From Octopus sinensis (lineage: Eukaryota): 64,000 nucleotides of DNA. Position 1 is the stretch's first letter, and the number at the start of each line of letters is the position of its first letter. This document shows positions 14,281 to 27,814 of the stretch, one piece after another. The DNA lies in the NCBI RefSeq assembly GCF_006345805.1, contig NC_043008.1:60636001-60700000 (forward strand). The letters are read 5' to 3'. The notes under the pieces were generated by a model. It was not told the origin of the DNA. It worked only from the letters and a program-made list of their open reading frames with translations, and did no database searches. The position numbers and the translations under genes are program-made.

Positions 14281-14329
14281 CAAGCAATACACCCTGGCGT
14301 TGCCCGGATGTTATAAATACACCATTTTG

Positions 14330-14395
<66 letters not shown>

Positions 14396-15231
14396 TATAT
14401 ATGTGTGTTTGTGTGTGTGTGTGTATACTCAATTTCCGAGTTCTTACCACACTTGCAATAATTACCACACGTCCTTACCACACGTCCTTACCACACTTAC
14501 ACGAATATAGGCTGTTACTGTGCTTAATCCTTGTGGAAATCTTATTGAATTTAAACCTGAGAGCGTTCGTTTAGCATTCGTGAGTCGAATGTTACTAAGA
14601 TAATCTTCATGGACAAATTGCTTTCTGTAGTAATTCCAGAAGCGATCACAATTAAGCCAGAAACACGATTTGTTAGTCAAGTTTCTGTTGCGCAAAGAAA
14701 TGGTACCTCAATACTTCAAAGACATTGTTTAATCCTTAAATACTCAAGACGTTCACATGGGAAGTGTATTTGTGTCACAAAAGTCATTATTGACGGAAAA
14801 TGTGCCAATAATTGTTCCCAAAAGCAGGTTTCTTGGTCATTTTCTGTTGAAAAATAGGATTTTGTATATCAAAAATGCACTCATAACACTTCTTGTATAT
14901 TGCTGCATTTTGTGACACAGAAAACATTAAATTGGTAACGTAGATTAGAGTCAAATCGAAATATTGCCCCAAAATAACCTTAAAATTGTGCGACCCGACC
15001 TCATTTTCGATGTCATTTATTTAGTAAAACAGAGTTGTCATCAAAAAAACATACTTCATTTGATAACCGAAAGATTATTGAATCTTTCCATAACTCATAA
15101 ATCAAAATCATCGATTCAGTTTTCAAATCCATAAGGAGCATACACACCACAGAATCATACACAGACACACACACAGATACAGATACATACAAACACTCAC
15201 AAATTGAATTTTATATATTTACATATATAGA
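14281..15231 (-). mobile_element. Probable older non-autonomous Helitron
   Basis: The left end acaagcaatacaccctggcgttgcccgg resembles the 6325 terminus actagcagtatcgcccggcgttgctcggg. The right end ...acagacaca...cactcacaaattgaattttatatat...agat resembles 6680-6717. There is an internal short repeat ttaccacacgtcc at 14445-14500. Confidence 0.55.
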
Positions 15232-15411
15232 TATAGATATGAAATGATAGATAGATAGATTCATATGCATGTACATATATAAATTATATGCGGGCAGTAG
15301 GTGAGAGCTGGGTGTGCTTAGTATAGAAAACATATAGTGATGCCCAACAGAAGAATATAAAATTAAACGCTGAATTGTTCTTCCAAGTTAAGGCCCGTGC
15401 AGTCAAATATA

Positions 15412-15733
15412 TATAAATATATTTACATGGATCAGAAAACAGACAAAATAAAATATGAAGAAAATATTTAATTTCCTAACACGACAGCTGTTTCAGGATG
15501 TCCGGCTCCACTCTTCTAGACAGGTTTCTCACTTGTGAACTTAATAGAATATATTTTAATGGCTGGTTGCATACCAATAGCTTTTCGCAGATTTCTTCTA
15601 CAAATTATGATTATTATCACTATTACGTTTCTCCGGGTTTCCCGAAACAGCTGTCGAGTCAACTTTGACATATTCTTCATATTTTTCATTACTTGAAGCT
15701 TTATTTTTTGAGCTCCATGTAAAAATATTTATA
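15412..15733. mobile_element. Degenerate foldback / MITE-like inverted repeat
   Basis: Matching arm segments: tttacatgga / tccatgtaaa, aaaatatgaagaa / ttcttcatatttt, cgacagctgtttc / gaaacagctgtcg. Confidence 0.7.
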
Positions 15734-15772
15734 TTAAACTTGCGTTTGGCATGGTGAGGTTGACCAAAACCC

Positions 15773-15843
15773 GACTACAGTGGTAGACCTACAGTGGTAG
15801 ACATAAAGTTATAGACTACAGTGGTAGACCTACAGTGGTGGAC
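15773..15843. repeat. 14-bp tandem repeat (ctacagtggtagac) x~5
   Basis: Directly visible; one unit is degenerate (ataaagttatagac). Confidence 0.9.
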
Positions 15844-17205
15844 GTTTTGCTGAGAGAAACATAGAAAGACGTTCATACCCGATTATCGTTTGCTGCTGAG
15901 TATCTAATTGCACTAACTGCACTTCGAATATCTAATAAACGGCAGAAACTCGTTTTTATTCTTACTTTCTCCTCTCTCCCTCTCTCTCACACAAATTCAC
16001 ACATACACACACACTTCCAGCCCTGTGTATTTGTGTGAGAGTGTGACAGTAAAATTCATATCAATATCCGTGAAGGACATTTAAGCTCAAACAAGATGTT
16101 TCATATATATGATTTATATAGTATAAATGTAAATATACAGCTGCATATATGTGTCTAAATATATATGTATGCACATGCATACAAATATATATATATATAT
16201 ATATATATGCATAAGCATATACATTTATATATATTCACATTAATACACATATATTTACACATATACATATAACAATATACATACATATACAAGTACACAT
16301 ATGCATACATATGCATATCCAGATATGTGAATTTGCCTTTTATTAGTGCTATTTCAGAAGCTATTTCTATTCAATGCAATTTTTTCTCATCAATAATTTA
16401 TTCCATTTTGGCTGTTATTTTATAGAATTTGATTATGTGATAGAGAGAAATGGTTGTAAATTGGGAGAAATAAATTGGAGGAAGCAGAAAGGAAAATCAG
16501 CGATATTCATACCAACTTACCTACACGCATCCGTAAATATACGAACATACCTATATTTTTATATATAGACATTTAATTCTCTGTCATTCTCCTGCTTACA
16601 CACATATATATATGTATGTATGTATGTATTAGTGTTCTCCCCATATATATATATTTACATATATGCACACATACACACATGTATATATATTTTTCCGCAT
16701 GTTTACTAACAGATTAGTAAATCTGTTTAGATTTGTAAGTTTATTATCTCCCTTCTGTATTCTTTCTCAATCTCATTAACTTCAATTTATCCTTCTAGTA
16801 TTCTTTACGCCGTGAATCTTTCTCTCCGAAACTCTAGAATACTGTTCTTGCTTACGACATAAAACTTATTGGTATGTTTATATTATCAGGACAAGACGTA
16901 GACTTGCGATTCTCCAGTCATTCAATTTCATTTGTAGACAGAATGTAGGAACACATTTGCAGATATGTGTACACACATTTTGTTTCCTTCGGTTTACTTG
17001 TATGTCTTCACAGTTCTGTTTTTGTTCCCAACTTTGAACACTCCATAAATCTTAAATTTATTTTAGAATTTATGGGAGCAGCTGTCTTTGAAGTCTATAT
17101 TGTCATTGAATGCTCGAAATGAGGACAGCTATTTTACTGTTTTGACGTATTTCATGTTGTTGCACAGTTGGTATCCATATATATATATATACATACATAC
17201 ATATA

Positions 17206-17262
<57 letters not shown>

Positions 17263-17412
17263 CTGTGTGTGTGTGTGTGTGTGTGAGTTGGTGTGTGTGT
17301 ATGTCTATGTGTGTGTTTTATATATATTATTTATTATGATATATATATACACATACATATAAATATTTATCTGTGTGTGTATTTGTGTGTGGTGTGTGTG
17401 TGTGTAGAGGGG

Positions 17413-17512
17413 NNNNNNNNNNNNNNNNNNNNNNNNNNNNNNNNNNNNNNNNNNNNNNNNNNNNNNNNNNNNNNNNNNNNNNNNNNNNNNNNNNNNNNNN
17501 NNNNNNNNNNNN
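17413..17512. other. Assembly gap (100 N)
   Basis: Exactly 100 Ns, a typical placeholder; true distance and orientation across it are unknown. Confidence 0.99.
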
Positions 17513-17635
17513 TATAATATATTACATATAATAATATATCTATATATGTATATATATATATATAGATATATAATATATATAATCTACAATATATATAATA
17601 TACTATATATATGTATATCTATATATATATATATC

Positions 17636-17676
<41 letters not shown>

Positions 17677-17690
17677 TATATATATATATA

Positions 17691-17723
<33 letters not shown>

Positions 17724-17916
17724 TTGTGAGTGAACATACGTGGGTGTGAGAGAGTGTGAGGTAGGATAGATGGCTTGTGTGTGTAGCAAAATGTGATTAT
17801 ATAATACACCACGGAAAGAGAAGGATAGAGAGACAGAAGAAAATTGAAATAAAGTTGTGGTTGACGTTATAGATTTGGCTGCATGTTGATAATATTCCCT
17901 TGTGTCTCTCTCATTT

Positions 17917-17950
<34 letters not shown>

Positions 17951-18407
17951 CTTCTGTGTCTTTCTCTCACGCACCTCACCATCGACGCCTATGCTACTTC
18001 CCCAAATATAACTCCTCATTTCTTATTCTAAGTATATTTGAGCTACTTTACTTAATGTTACTCAAAAAAGTTTGTAGATAAGAACATACTATTGTACATC
18101 TTCATACCTGTACATTAGATTCTCTATGAATAATTTTTTTCTAAGTGAATATATCTAAGTATGATATCTATCAAAATGCGTATATGCGTCGCAAGTAAGC
18201 TATCGCCCGAAATAAATATATGTGACTATGTACGTATTTACCTGCTCTGGAATCTATAAGTACGTGTAGTGGTTATTTTTACTGCACATGTGCACCTGTC
18301 TACACCTGTCTCTCTCTCTCTCTCTTTGTATATATATATATATATGTTTATGTTTACGTTTGTTTTGTAAAATGTCTCTAGAATTAATAATATATATATC
18401 TCAGTTT

Positions 18408-18531
18408 GATGATTATCATGATGATGATCATCATCATGATAACAACAACATCAACAACAACAAAAACAATAACTACAACAACAACAACAAAAATAATAAA
18501 AATAGTAATAATAATAATAATAATAATAATG

Positions 18532-18566
<35 letters not shown>

Positions 18567-18573
18567 AATAATA

Positions 18574-18627
<54 letters not shown>

Positions 18628-18630
18628 TAA
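18408..18630. repeat. (GAT/AAC/AAT)n trinucleotide microsatellite
   Basis: Directly visible; gives the poly-N/I ORFs. Confidence 0.97.
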
Positions 18631-18811
18631 TTCGCATACATTATAACACGAATAAGGTATTCATGTGAATTTATTAACTGGTATGTTCTTTTCGCAATAC
18701 CTAACAGCATCATCAGTATCTATTCTTGCTCGAAGAATTATAGGCAAACTCAAACCTCGGCAGAATTCGAATTTAGACTGTAAAGACGCACGAAATACCG
18801 CTACTGCAATA

Positions 18812-19028
18812 TTGGTTTCAAATTTTCCCACAAAGTTGGCCATTTTGGGGACAGGGAGTAGGTCGTGTAAATCGACCCCATTGCTCAACTGGTTCATATG
18901 TCATCGATCCGGAAAGAATGAAAGACAAAGACAACCTCAGCGGAATTTGAACTCAGAACGTAAAAAAGGACAAAATACAGCTAAGCATTTCGCATGGCGT
19001 GCTAAAGTTACTGCATGCTCACCGCCTT
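18812..19028 (-). mobile_element. Family B SINE
   Basis: ggtttcaaattttcccacaa...aatcgacccca...cggaatttgaactcagaacgta...ctaagcatttcg...ctcaccgcc is the reverse complement of family B. Confidence 0.85.
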
Positions 19029-19036
19029 AAATTGCT

Positions 19037-19095
19037 GCAAAATTAACCTTTATTATTAAGCGTTTTTTTCGCCTAATAATAAAGGTTAATTTTGC
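19037..19095. repeat. Near-perfect 59-nt hairpin (26-bp arms, T7 loop)
   Basis: gcaaaattaacctttattattaagcg-ttttttt-cgcctaataataaaggttaattttgc; one mismatch. Confidence 0.92.
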
Positions 19096-20027
19096 TTAAA
19101 ATAACGTATTCTTTCATTTCCTGTGCCCTGAGTGATTGACAATCTGACACAGTGTTAGTAAATCATGCAAGTACGGTTCATACAAACACCCTAAAGATTT
19201 CGTACCATAGCAGTACGTTGAGTACGAATGAAGTTTAATCCGTGTAATTTAGCAAAAGGCTAAAGCGTTGGGGTGCAGGGAGTATGATTCATTAATCTGA
19301 CACTTAACTATACAAGAACTGGACCATGTAGTGCTCTATGCCACCAACACCAACACTAGAATCCCCATTGTGAGGTTTCTCTTTGTTACTTAGATGCTAT
19401 TTTCATATTAAAATCCCATTCAATTTCTGCTTTTCTTCTATTCTTTCCGTTCTCTAATGTATACCACAACGAACTGACTTGAAATGAGTTTACGTTTTGT
19501 CATAACAATGTTTTAAATCATGCTTAGTTCGCATTTATTTATGCAGCATCATTTCTCTTCTCCTATTCTACCTAATTGTGTTTCGGTGTAATGGAACAAT
19601 ACTCGAATTATATACAAACAGTAGAAATCCAATAAGGAGAAAAGAAATAATACATAGGAGTATTACACATTGAAAGAGAAAACACAACGTAATTAGCGGG
19701 AGGTAATTATAATGTGCATGCTGTAATGTTAGATCATTGAGGGGTTCCAGCAAATTTCTTACTGATTTAGGACTCGGTGATGATTAAAAATATATAACAA
19801 GAAAACAAACATATATATATATATGCAAAGGCACTTACGAGCACATATACACATCCTCACAAATATGTAAACACAAAATGCACCAGATAGGAGGAAGTTC
19901 TTCCATACGAAAATATTTCTCATCTAATAATACGTTTAAAATGATCAGAAAGGAAAATATTAATATCATCCTAATCAACATAATTATTATCGTTAATATT
20001 ATCTTTATTAATATTATCGTTGCTATT

Positions 20028-20400
20028 ATTAGCACGCCCGGCGAAATGCTTAGCGGTATTTCGTCTGCCGTTACGTTCTGAGTTCAAATTCCACCGAGAT
20101 CGACTTTGCCTTTCATCCTTTCGGTGTCGACAAATTCAGTACCAGTTACGCACTGGGGTCGATGTAATCGAATTAATCCGTTTGTTTGCCCTTGTTTGTC
20201 CCCGCAATGTTTAGCCCCTTGTGGGTAATAAAGAAACAGGTATTTCGTCTGCCGCAACGTTCAGAGTTCAAATTCCGCCGAGTCGACTTTACCTTTCGTC
20301 CTTTCATGGTCGATAAACTAAATACCAGTTGAGTACTGGGGTCGATGTAATCGACTAGTCCCCTCCCCCCAAATTTTAGGCCTTGTGCCTACACCAGAAG
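20028..20400 (+). mobile_element. Dimeric family B SINE (long-tail unit fused to headless short-tail unit)
   Basis: The core gactttgcctttcatcctttcggtgtcga...gtaccagtt...actggggtcgatgtaatcga occurs twice. The junction aagaaacaggtatttcg is at ~20231-20247. The core resembles the Deu/Nin-type SINE domain (inference). Confidence 0.9.
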
Positions 20401-20455
20401 AGATTATTCTTATTATTGTTGTTGTTGTTGTTATTATTATCATCATCATCATTAT

Positions 20456-20580
20456 AGGCGGCGAGCAGGTATAATCATTAGCACGCCCATTGCTACGTCT
20501 TGAGTTCGAATTCGGACGAGGTCGACTTTGCCCTTCATCCTTTAGGAGTTGATAAATTAAGTACTAGTTGAGCACTGGCG
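20456..20580 (+). mobile_element. Partial family B SINE
   Basis: ggcggcgagcaggtataatcattagcacgccc...gaggtcgactttgcccttcatcctttaggagttgataaattaagtac. Confidence 0.8.
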
Positions 20581-21192
20581 GTGTTATAATAATAGTACCG
20601 GACAAGTCTGAATGTAAAAGAAGCTGCTAAGCTACAAACGAAATTGTCTCACTGAAAAGCGCCTCAAAGAGGACATGTATCGAAGAGCCGTAGACTCCCC
20701 ATCTGCATTTAAAAAAAAAACGCCAAAGACTGAGGTTATTTTAAATTATGTGGGCGTCCCGAAATAATTTTAGTGAATTTGTTTGCTATTTAAGCATTCA
20801 AAACACACTCGTATGCAATTTAGTTAAAGTTAAGAACAATTGTAATCAGAAACGTGTTTTCCACGCAAGCAAGATGACGTCAAACAAACAATGCAAGAAA
20901 AAATTCCATGAACAAAACCGATGAATATCAGATTAAACAAACACGCAGCAACCTTATATTCAAGGGAGGCAAAAACATACCGATTGTTAAGCACAAATGC
21001 ACTCGTGAAAACCAAATTAAATCGTTAAAGAATAGAGAAATACGAAGTAAATAAGTAGCGAAATAGATACCAAAAAGGTAGAACTTAATAAATTGAAAAA
21101 GAAAGAGAATAAGTAAACACTGCACCCTTTGATTGCATTAAGGAACTAATGGTACACTAAAAGCCACTAAAACTTCAAACACAAGCACGCAC

Positions 21193-21742
21193 GTATGTAT
21201 GTATGTATGTATGTATGTATGTATGTATGTATGTATGTATGTATGTATTATGTATGTATGTATGTATGTATATTTGTATGTATGTCATTCAGTTAATTTC
21301 TAGATTTCTTGCCAATAGAGAAAGAAACGGTTTCTAACCTAGTTCCAAGGTTCCTTCATTGGAATTTCAACATTAACATGTTATTTTGTATGTATGTATG
21401 TATGTATGTATGTATGTATGTATGTATGTATGTATGTCATTCAGTTAATTTCTAGATTTCTTGCCAATAGAGAAAGAAACGGTTTCTAACCTAGTTCCAA
21501 GGTTCCTTCATTGGAATTTCAACATTAACATGTTATTTTGTATGTATGTATGTATGTATGTATGTATGTATGTATGTATGTATGTATGTATGTATATGAG
21601 TATGTCATTATTCAATTAATTTCGAGATTTCTTGCCAATAGAAAAAGAACTGGTTTCTAACCTAGATCCAAGGTGCCTTCATTGGAATTTCAACATTAAC
21701 AACAGGTTATTTTTGTATGTATGTATGTATGTATGTATGTAT
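21193..21742 (-). repeat. Tandem array of three ~103-110-bp units separated by (TATG)n
   Basis: Units at 21285-21387 and 21437-21539 appear identical; 21605-21714 is diverged. Each is flanked by variable (TATG)n. Confidence 0.93.
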
Positions 21743-21804
21743 TTAAGCAGTTTTCTGTTCATACAGAAATACTTCTAAACATTGCCATCATTCATAGATA
21801 TTAT

Positions 21805-22147
21805 CTACTTATTTCAGTCATTTGACTGTGGCCATACAGGAGCACCGACTTTAGTCGAAGAAATTGACACCAAGACTTATTCTTTGTAAGCCTAGTACTT
21901 ATTCTATTCTATCGGTCTGTGTTGCCGAACCGCCCGTTTACGGGGACGTAAACACACCGACATCGGATGTCAAGCGATAATGGGAGGATAAGCACAGACA
22001 CAAAACACACACACACACACATATATATATACACGATTGGCTTCTTTCAGTTTCCTTCTACCAAATCCAATCATGAGGCATCGGTCGACCTGCAGCTATA
22101 GTAGAGAACATTTGCCTAAGGTTCCACACACGGAACTAAACACGGAA

Positions 22148-22150
<3 letters not shown>
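21805..22150 (-). mobile_element. Family A SINE (head truncated)
   Basis: tttcagtcatttgactgtggcc...cttattctttgtaagcctagtactt...cttctttcagtttccttctaccaaatcc. Confidence 0.9.
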
Positions 22151-22191
<41 letters not shown>

Positions 22192-23327
22192 CAAACACTT
22201 AATCCTCTTAAATTAAAATTCACTTGACCACTACCACATGTTTATTATACTGAGCACATGTAGCTCTTACCTATTGTCTCTATAAGCATATAGATGTATA
22301 TGGACGTATGTAAAATCGCTTACATTTAGATGAACATGCAGTTCCTTGGATTACCCTCGTCAACTAATGACATGTTGATTACGCACAAAGTCCTGTTCAT
22401 TTCTGGTGCAAAAATTGCAAATGATAACCATATTATTCGAAGGTACTCTTCTACGATAATTCAAATATCATATAACTACTATATTGCATTCTCCCCTCTT
22501 GTGTGTTTCGAACTGGGTATTCAGGTATTTATATAAGGAAAAATTTTCGCAATGTTTTCCAGTAAATCGCGTCGATAAAATGCGGTTGTATTTATTTTTC
22601 CAAAATATATATCCCAAATACAACGTTTGTGTTCTGTAAATTAGGAATTATATAATATAGAATTGTTCAGAATGTTACTCTTCACATTTGAACTTCATCA
22701 ATGCTAGTTGCACATAGGCAGATCGATTATTTCTCTTTGCACCAGTGCACCGAATAGCAAATAGGAACAATTTGTCTCTACAACATATTTCACAAGTAGC
22801 CAAAAAACCGTAAGTCCGGTCTTGTAAGCTGGATAGGTCTCAGAAACGTTTTTTCTAATACTCTTCTAATAGAAACGCAGCAGCCGGCCCATGACCGTTA
22901 AATATACGCATTATGTCATATAATAAAAATTCACATGCCGACCGTTACTAATGAAATGTATAAACCGTTACAAAACACTATAGCTTCATGTGTATATAAA
23001 CAATGGGAAAATAACATATATAATTATGTATTATTAGGTCCCTATTCTTCTCCGTCTTACCCTATAAGTGTGAGTGTCTGTGTGTGTGTGTGTGTGTGAG
23101 TGTATAGGTGTGTGTATATATATGTGTAACACACGTATATATATGCTGACTAAAATATATACATATATATATGCATATGTGCGTGTATCTCTATCTGTCA
23201 CCTTCTCTTTCTCTTCCCCCCACCCCTCTCTCACTATATATATATATGTGTATATATATATATATATATACATCTATATATATATATATACATCTATATA
23301 CATACATATATATATAATATATACATC

Positions 23328-23395
<68 letters not shown>

Positions 23396-23931
23396 TATAT
23401 ATAAAATTGTGTATGTATGTATGTATATATGGGGAGTGGTGCTAGAAGGAAAAAGATCTGTATTGAAAATAAATATGTTGTTTGTATCTGCTGAAATAAC
23501 AAATAGTCATTTGTAACATTAAAGAACAGGAAACAGGAAATACTAATGCTGTTTTCATTGTGGAAGCATCACTACGTTCGCATCTCTCATATCTTCATAA
23601 CCGTTTTAACCATCGCCATTACCGTTACCGACGCCAACATCGCCACCATCTCTAAAAACAAAAACAACAGCAACAGCAGCACAAGCGCCATCTCCAATAC
23701 CGGCGCAACAACTTCATCGCCATCACTACAATCGTCAGCAACATCAACAGTATCATTATCAATTTTGATATTTTCTCTGTCTTTTCATGCGTGTATATTT
23801 TTTGAAAGAATTATGCGAATGCGTGTATGTGTATGCAAGCATGGACGGATGTATTTATGTATATTGCTATGAAGACAAATGTGCATTCACAAACCTAGAA
23901 CAATTGGTATATATATATATTTTTTAAAATT

Positions 23932-23980
<49 letters not shown>

Positions 23981-24408
23981 TTATTTATTTATCTATTTAT
24001 TTATCTATTTATATATATATATGTATGTATGTATATATATATATATATTATATATATATATATATATATATGTGTGTATATATATATACATATATGTGTG
24101 TCTGTATGTGAATGTTTTTGCATGCACACATAGACACACACACATATATGTATATGTGTATGTATATATATATTTACATATGTTTGTAGCAAAGTTACCA
24201 GCCATATTTTGTTTCAAGTAAACAAGCGTCCATTTTGTTTTTGTTGGAATTAGCAAAGGAATGGAGTCGAAAACGTGGTCGAAAACTGTTTAACAAGACA
24301 AAAATTATTTTATTTATTTTTATGAATAATTTTATAATAAACACGTATCATTCTATCCATCTATTTGTTTGCAACATTTTGTGCGTTTCCATAATGATAT
24401 ATATATAC

Positions 24409-24440
<32 letters not shown>

Positions 24441-24567
24441 ATGTATGTATATATATATATACATATATATACATATATATATATATATACATATATATAC
24501 ATATATATACATATATATACATATATGTATATATGTATATATATAGATATACATATATATACATATG

Positions 24568-24603
<36 letters not shown>

Positions 24604-24803
24604 CATACATATGTATATATATATATGTATATATACATATATATATGGCGGGTATGTACGTATACACGCACAAATGTATATGTACTTATATGTAAGTATA
24701 TATACATTTGCGTGTGTATGCGTACATACACACACTCACACACGCCACATACATATAGACTTCCCTATGTAACTCGCATTGCATCTATCTGTATTTTCCG
24801 CTT

Positions 24804-24844
<41 letters not shown>

Positions 24845-26082
24845 TTATCTATCTACATATATCATAGATATATCATAAAAATTTGGGAACGTGGAGCAAA
24901 TATATTACGGAATAAAGTTTCTCGAAGTACATTACGTACAGTTATAAATGACATCATATAAATATTAGGCTGAAAACATGCTGAGATTGAAAAAGTTTGA
25001 GGTTGAGCGTGGGACACGAATGCTTAGCTCAAGTGGACATGACAAGACTAGTGGATTTGGGTCAAAGGAATCTTTCGAAATTCTTGATCAATTTTAGGAT
25101 CTTTACTCTTACCATGACAATAATAGGTCTGAAGCATTTTAGAAACTTTTGAGAGAACGTGAAATAATTATGAGGAATAATGTTTCTCTAGGCGCATGAC
25201 ATACAGCCAATAGGAATAGTCGGGTGTTATAATTTATGCGATTAACGAATGGTATGTGTATATATGTGTGTGTGTGTATGTGTGTGTGTGTGTGTGTGCA
25301 AGCGCACACGCGCGTTTACGCAAATGCCTGTGTGCAGGCGTGATGGTGTTTTTCAAGATACAGGAAAACATGAAACAACTCATGAAAAGTGTCCTGAAAT
25401 GCGTTCATTTTTAAGGGATATGCTATCAGTCTATATATGTATATATATACATCATAACAGTGTATTTCAGTATAAATGTCATAAGTTTTCATCTTTCGAA
25501 ATATATTCTCATTATATTGATGTACCCATAATTTTCTATAACCTATGTTTTTGATCAGACAGTACTTAAAATAATAAACTCATAATACATTTTTAGAATC
25601 GAAATTTTTTTTATTTTATGCATGTGGTTGCGAATGTGAGTTTTTGTACATGTTAGTGTGGTGTGGCTTTGAGCGTAATGATATTTCACTGCGATATATC
25701 ATCTTTGTCAGCAGAACTCCTATTGAGCAAAAATATTTCTCGAGTGGTGCCTGTGAAGAACTGCAGAGTGAAAAGTGAATATTTTCTGACACGCATTTAT
25801 GGAAATGGACATGTATAAATCAGAATAAAGATAATACTTTGACGATATTTACAAATGAGATATTATATCAGTTACTGCAAAAACAAAAGAGACATACATT
25901 TTATGGTTTGATTCTATAACAATTTACATGTATTCGTTTATATGTTTTAGTAAAAAATTTACTCGTGCGTTCGAAAAGCTATTAACAGCGAAACTGCTTA
26001 GTATATAACGAAATATTCCTTCCAAAACCCAATGTTCCGGTCATGCTATTTTAATGACGTTTTATGTCTTTTTTGCTTTTCT

Positions 26083-26131
26083 TTTTACTTGTTTCAGTCA
26101 TTAGACTGTGGCCATGCTGGGGCACCACCTT
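26083..26131 (-). mobile_element. Family A SINE 3' fragment
   Basis: ttttacttgtttcagtcattagactgtggccatgctggggcaccacctt. Confidence 0.75.
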
Positions 26132-26135
26132 AACT

Positions 26136-26170
<35 letters not shown>

Positions 26171-26254
26171 CTATCTATCTATCTTCTATCTAACTCTCTC
26201 TCTCTCTCTCTCTTTCTCTCTATATATATATATATATATCTATATATATATATA

Positions 26255-26341
<87 letters not shown>

Positions 26342-27132
26342 TCTGCATGACAGATTGAAATAATACAATTCCATTTATTAAGGAAAATGTATCATGCCGA
26401 AATATAAAATGTGTCCTACCATTCGCATTAAGAGGCGCCTTCTATATAAAAATTAGTTTCACAACGTAACAGCCGATAGACTATTGAGAACGGTAGTGCT
26501 GTACTGGCTTTCCAGTAAAGAGTTACACGCAAACGTTTTCTTATATTTGATACACATACAATACGCACACACACATAATATGACTGGGTACGTATGTAAC
26601 CACTGGACTTCTAAATAATACAGTTGATGAACAGCTGGACATGAAATGCTTCATATCATACATGCTAAATCAGAATCACAACCAGACCGAGTAAATATCA
26701 AACAATATAACATCATGTGTTATCCTTATATAATATTATGTTTCAACATTCACCTTCACAGTTTCCAATAACGTTTGACCCTGGTTTGTTTGTATTCCAT
26801 TGTGATTTTCTAAAGTTGTAACAAAACAAGATTCGAATAGTTTTTTTGGGGGGGGTTTGTTTTCGCTTGCTTTGTTTTACAGGTTTGTTTGTAAATTTCA
26901 ATTTTCTTTTTTCTCTTTTTCATTTCGTATTTGCTGTGCTTGTCAGAAATATATATATATAGCAGGAAAGTTTGATGTTTGCTGTCTCTGTAGATTAGAA
27001 GGCAAAAATAAACATGGCTGCCTTATAATGAATATAAAATAGTTGCTAGCTACGTTTAACATGAACAAAGGATTTCTTCGTATAAACGCACACAAGAACT
27101 CCGAGGTTATGATTATGTCATTACGTAATCCC

Positions 27133-27137
27133 ATCTG

Positions 27138-27211
<74 letters not shown>

Positions 27212-27212
27212 A

Positions 27213-27244
<32 letters not shown>

Positions 27245-27280
27245 GTCTGGTTGTCTGTCTGTCTGTCTGTCTACTTATCT
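27133..27280. repeat. (TATC)n/(TGTC)n tetranucleotide microsatellite
   Basis: Directly visible. Confidence 0.97.
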
Positions 27281-27814
27281 AATCAGACGGTGCGGTCATA
27301 GTGTAGCTGACATATGTTTACAACTGGTGTAAAACCTCCCAACCCAGGGCGAAATTATTGTGTCTTAACTACACACACACAAACACACACAAACACACGA
27401 ACACATACAATCACACATATATCTTTGTGTCAATGTCTATTTATTTGGTTGGCTAGCTGGGTTGGCTGGCCTCTTTGTCTCTGTATCAGTGTTTCGAAAA
27501 TTATCTCTTTGATAGACGTTCCGTAGTTGCCTAGAAACAGATTTCAACTAACAAATGCCAGAGGCAGATGCAACAGTTCACAAAGTAATGTCTTTCGGCC
27601 AGCCACTGCAGTGGAAGATTGCTCAATCTGTCACGACCTTTCTCAGTTCCGTCTAGGAAGTGCAGCTACGAATAGCAAAAGAAATGGGTCTTAATGTCTC
27701 AGCAACAGTCGTAGTCATCACGAGACTGACAGCCATATTTTTAACACACATATGTACATATACATACACACGCCCACACACATATACAGAAACATACACA
27801 CACATACATATATT

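Noticed and set aside
15773-15843. 14-bp repeats as a CRISPR or iteron array
   Set aside because: The units are contiguous with no unique spacers; this is a simple minisatellite.
20875-20882. Perfect CRE palindrome TGACGTCA
   Set aside because: A single 8-mer in 64 kb is not unexpected, and there is no supporting promoter evidence.
21193-21742. CRISPR-like repeat/spacer appearance
   Set aside because: Units are ~103 bp, the spacers are TATG microsatellite, the context is eukaryotic and there are no cas genes.
23546-23872. Ser/Thr-rich 108-aa ORF with hydrophobic N-terminus (also 45324-45630)
   Set aside because: Degenerate trinucleotide repeat (CAT/CAA/CAC) composition explains the open frame.
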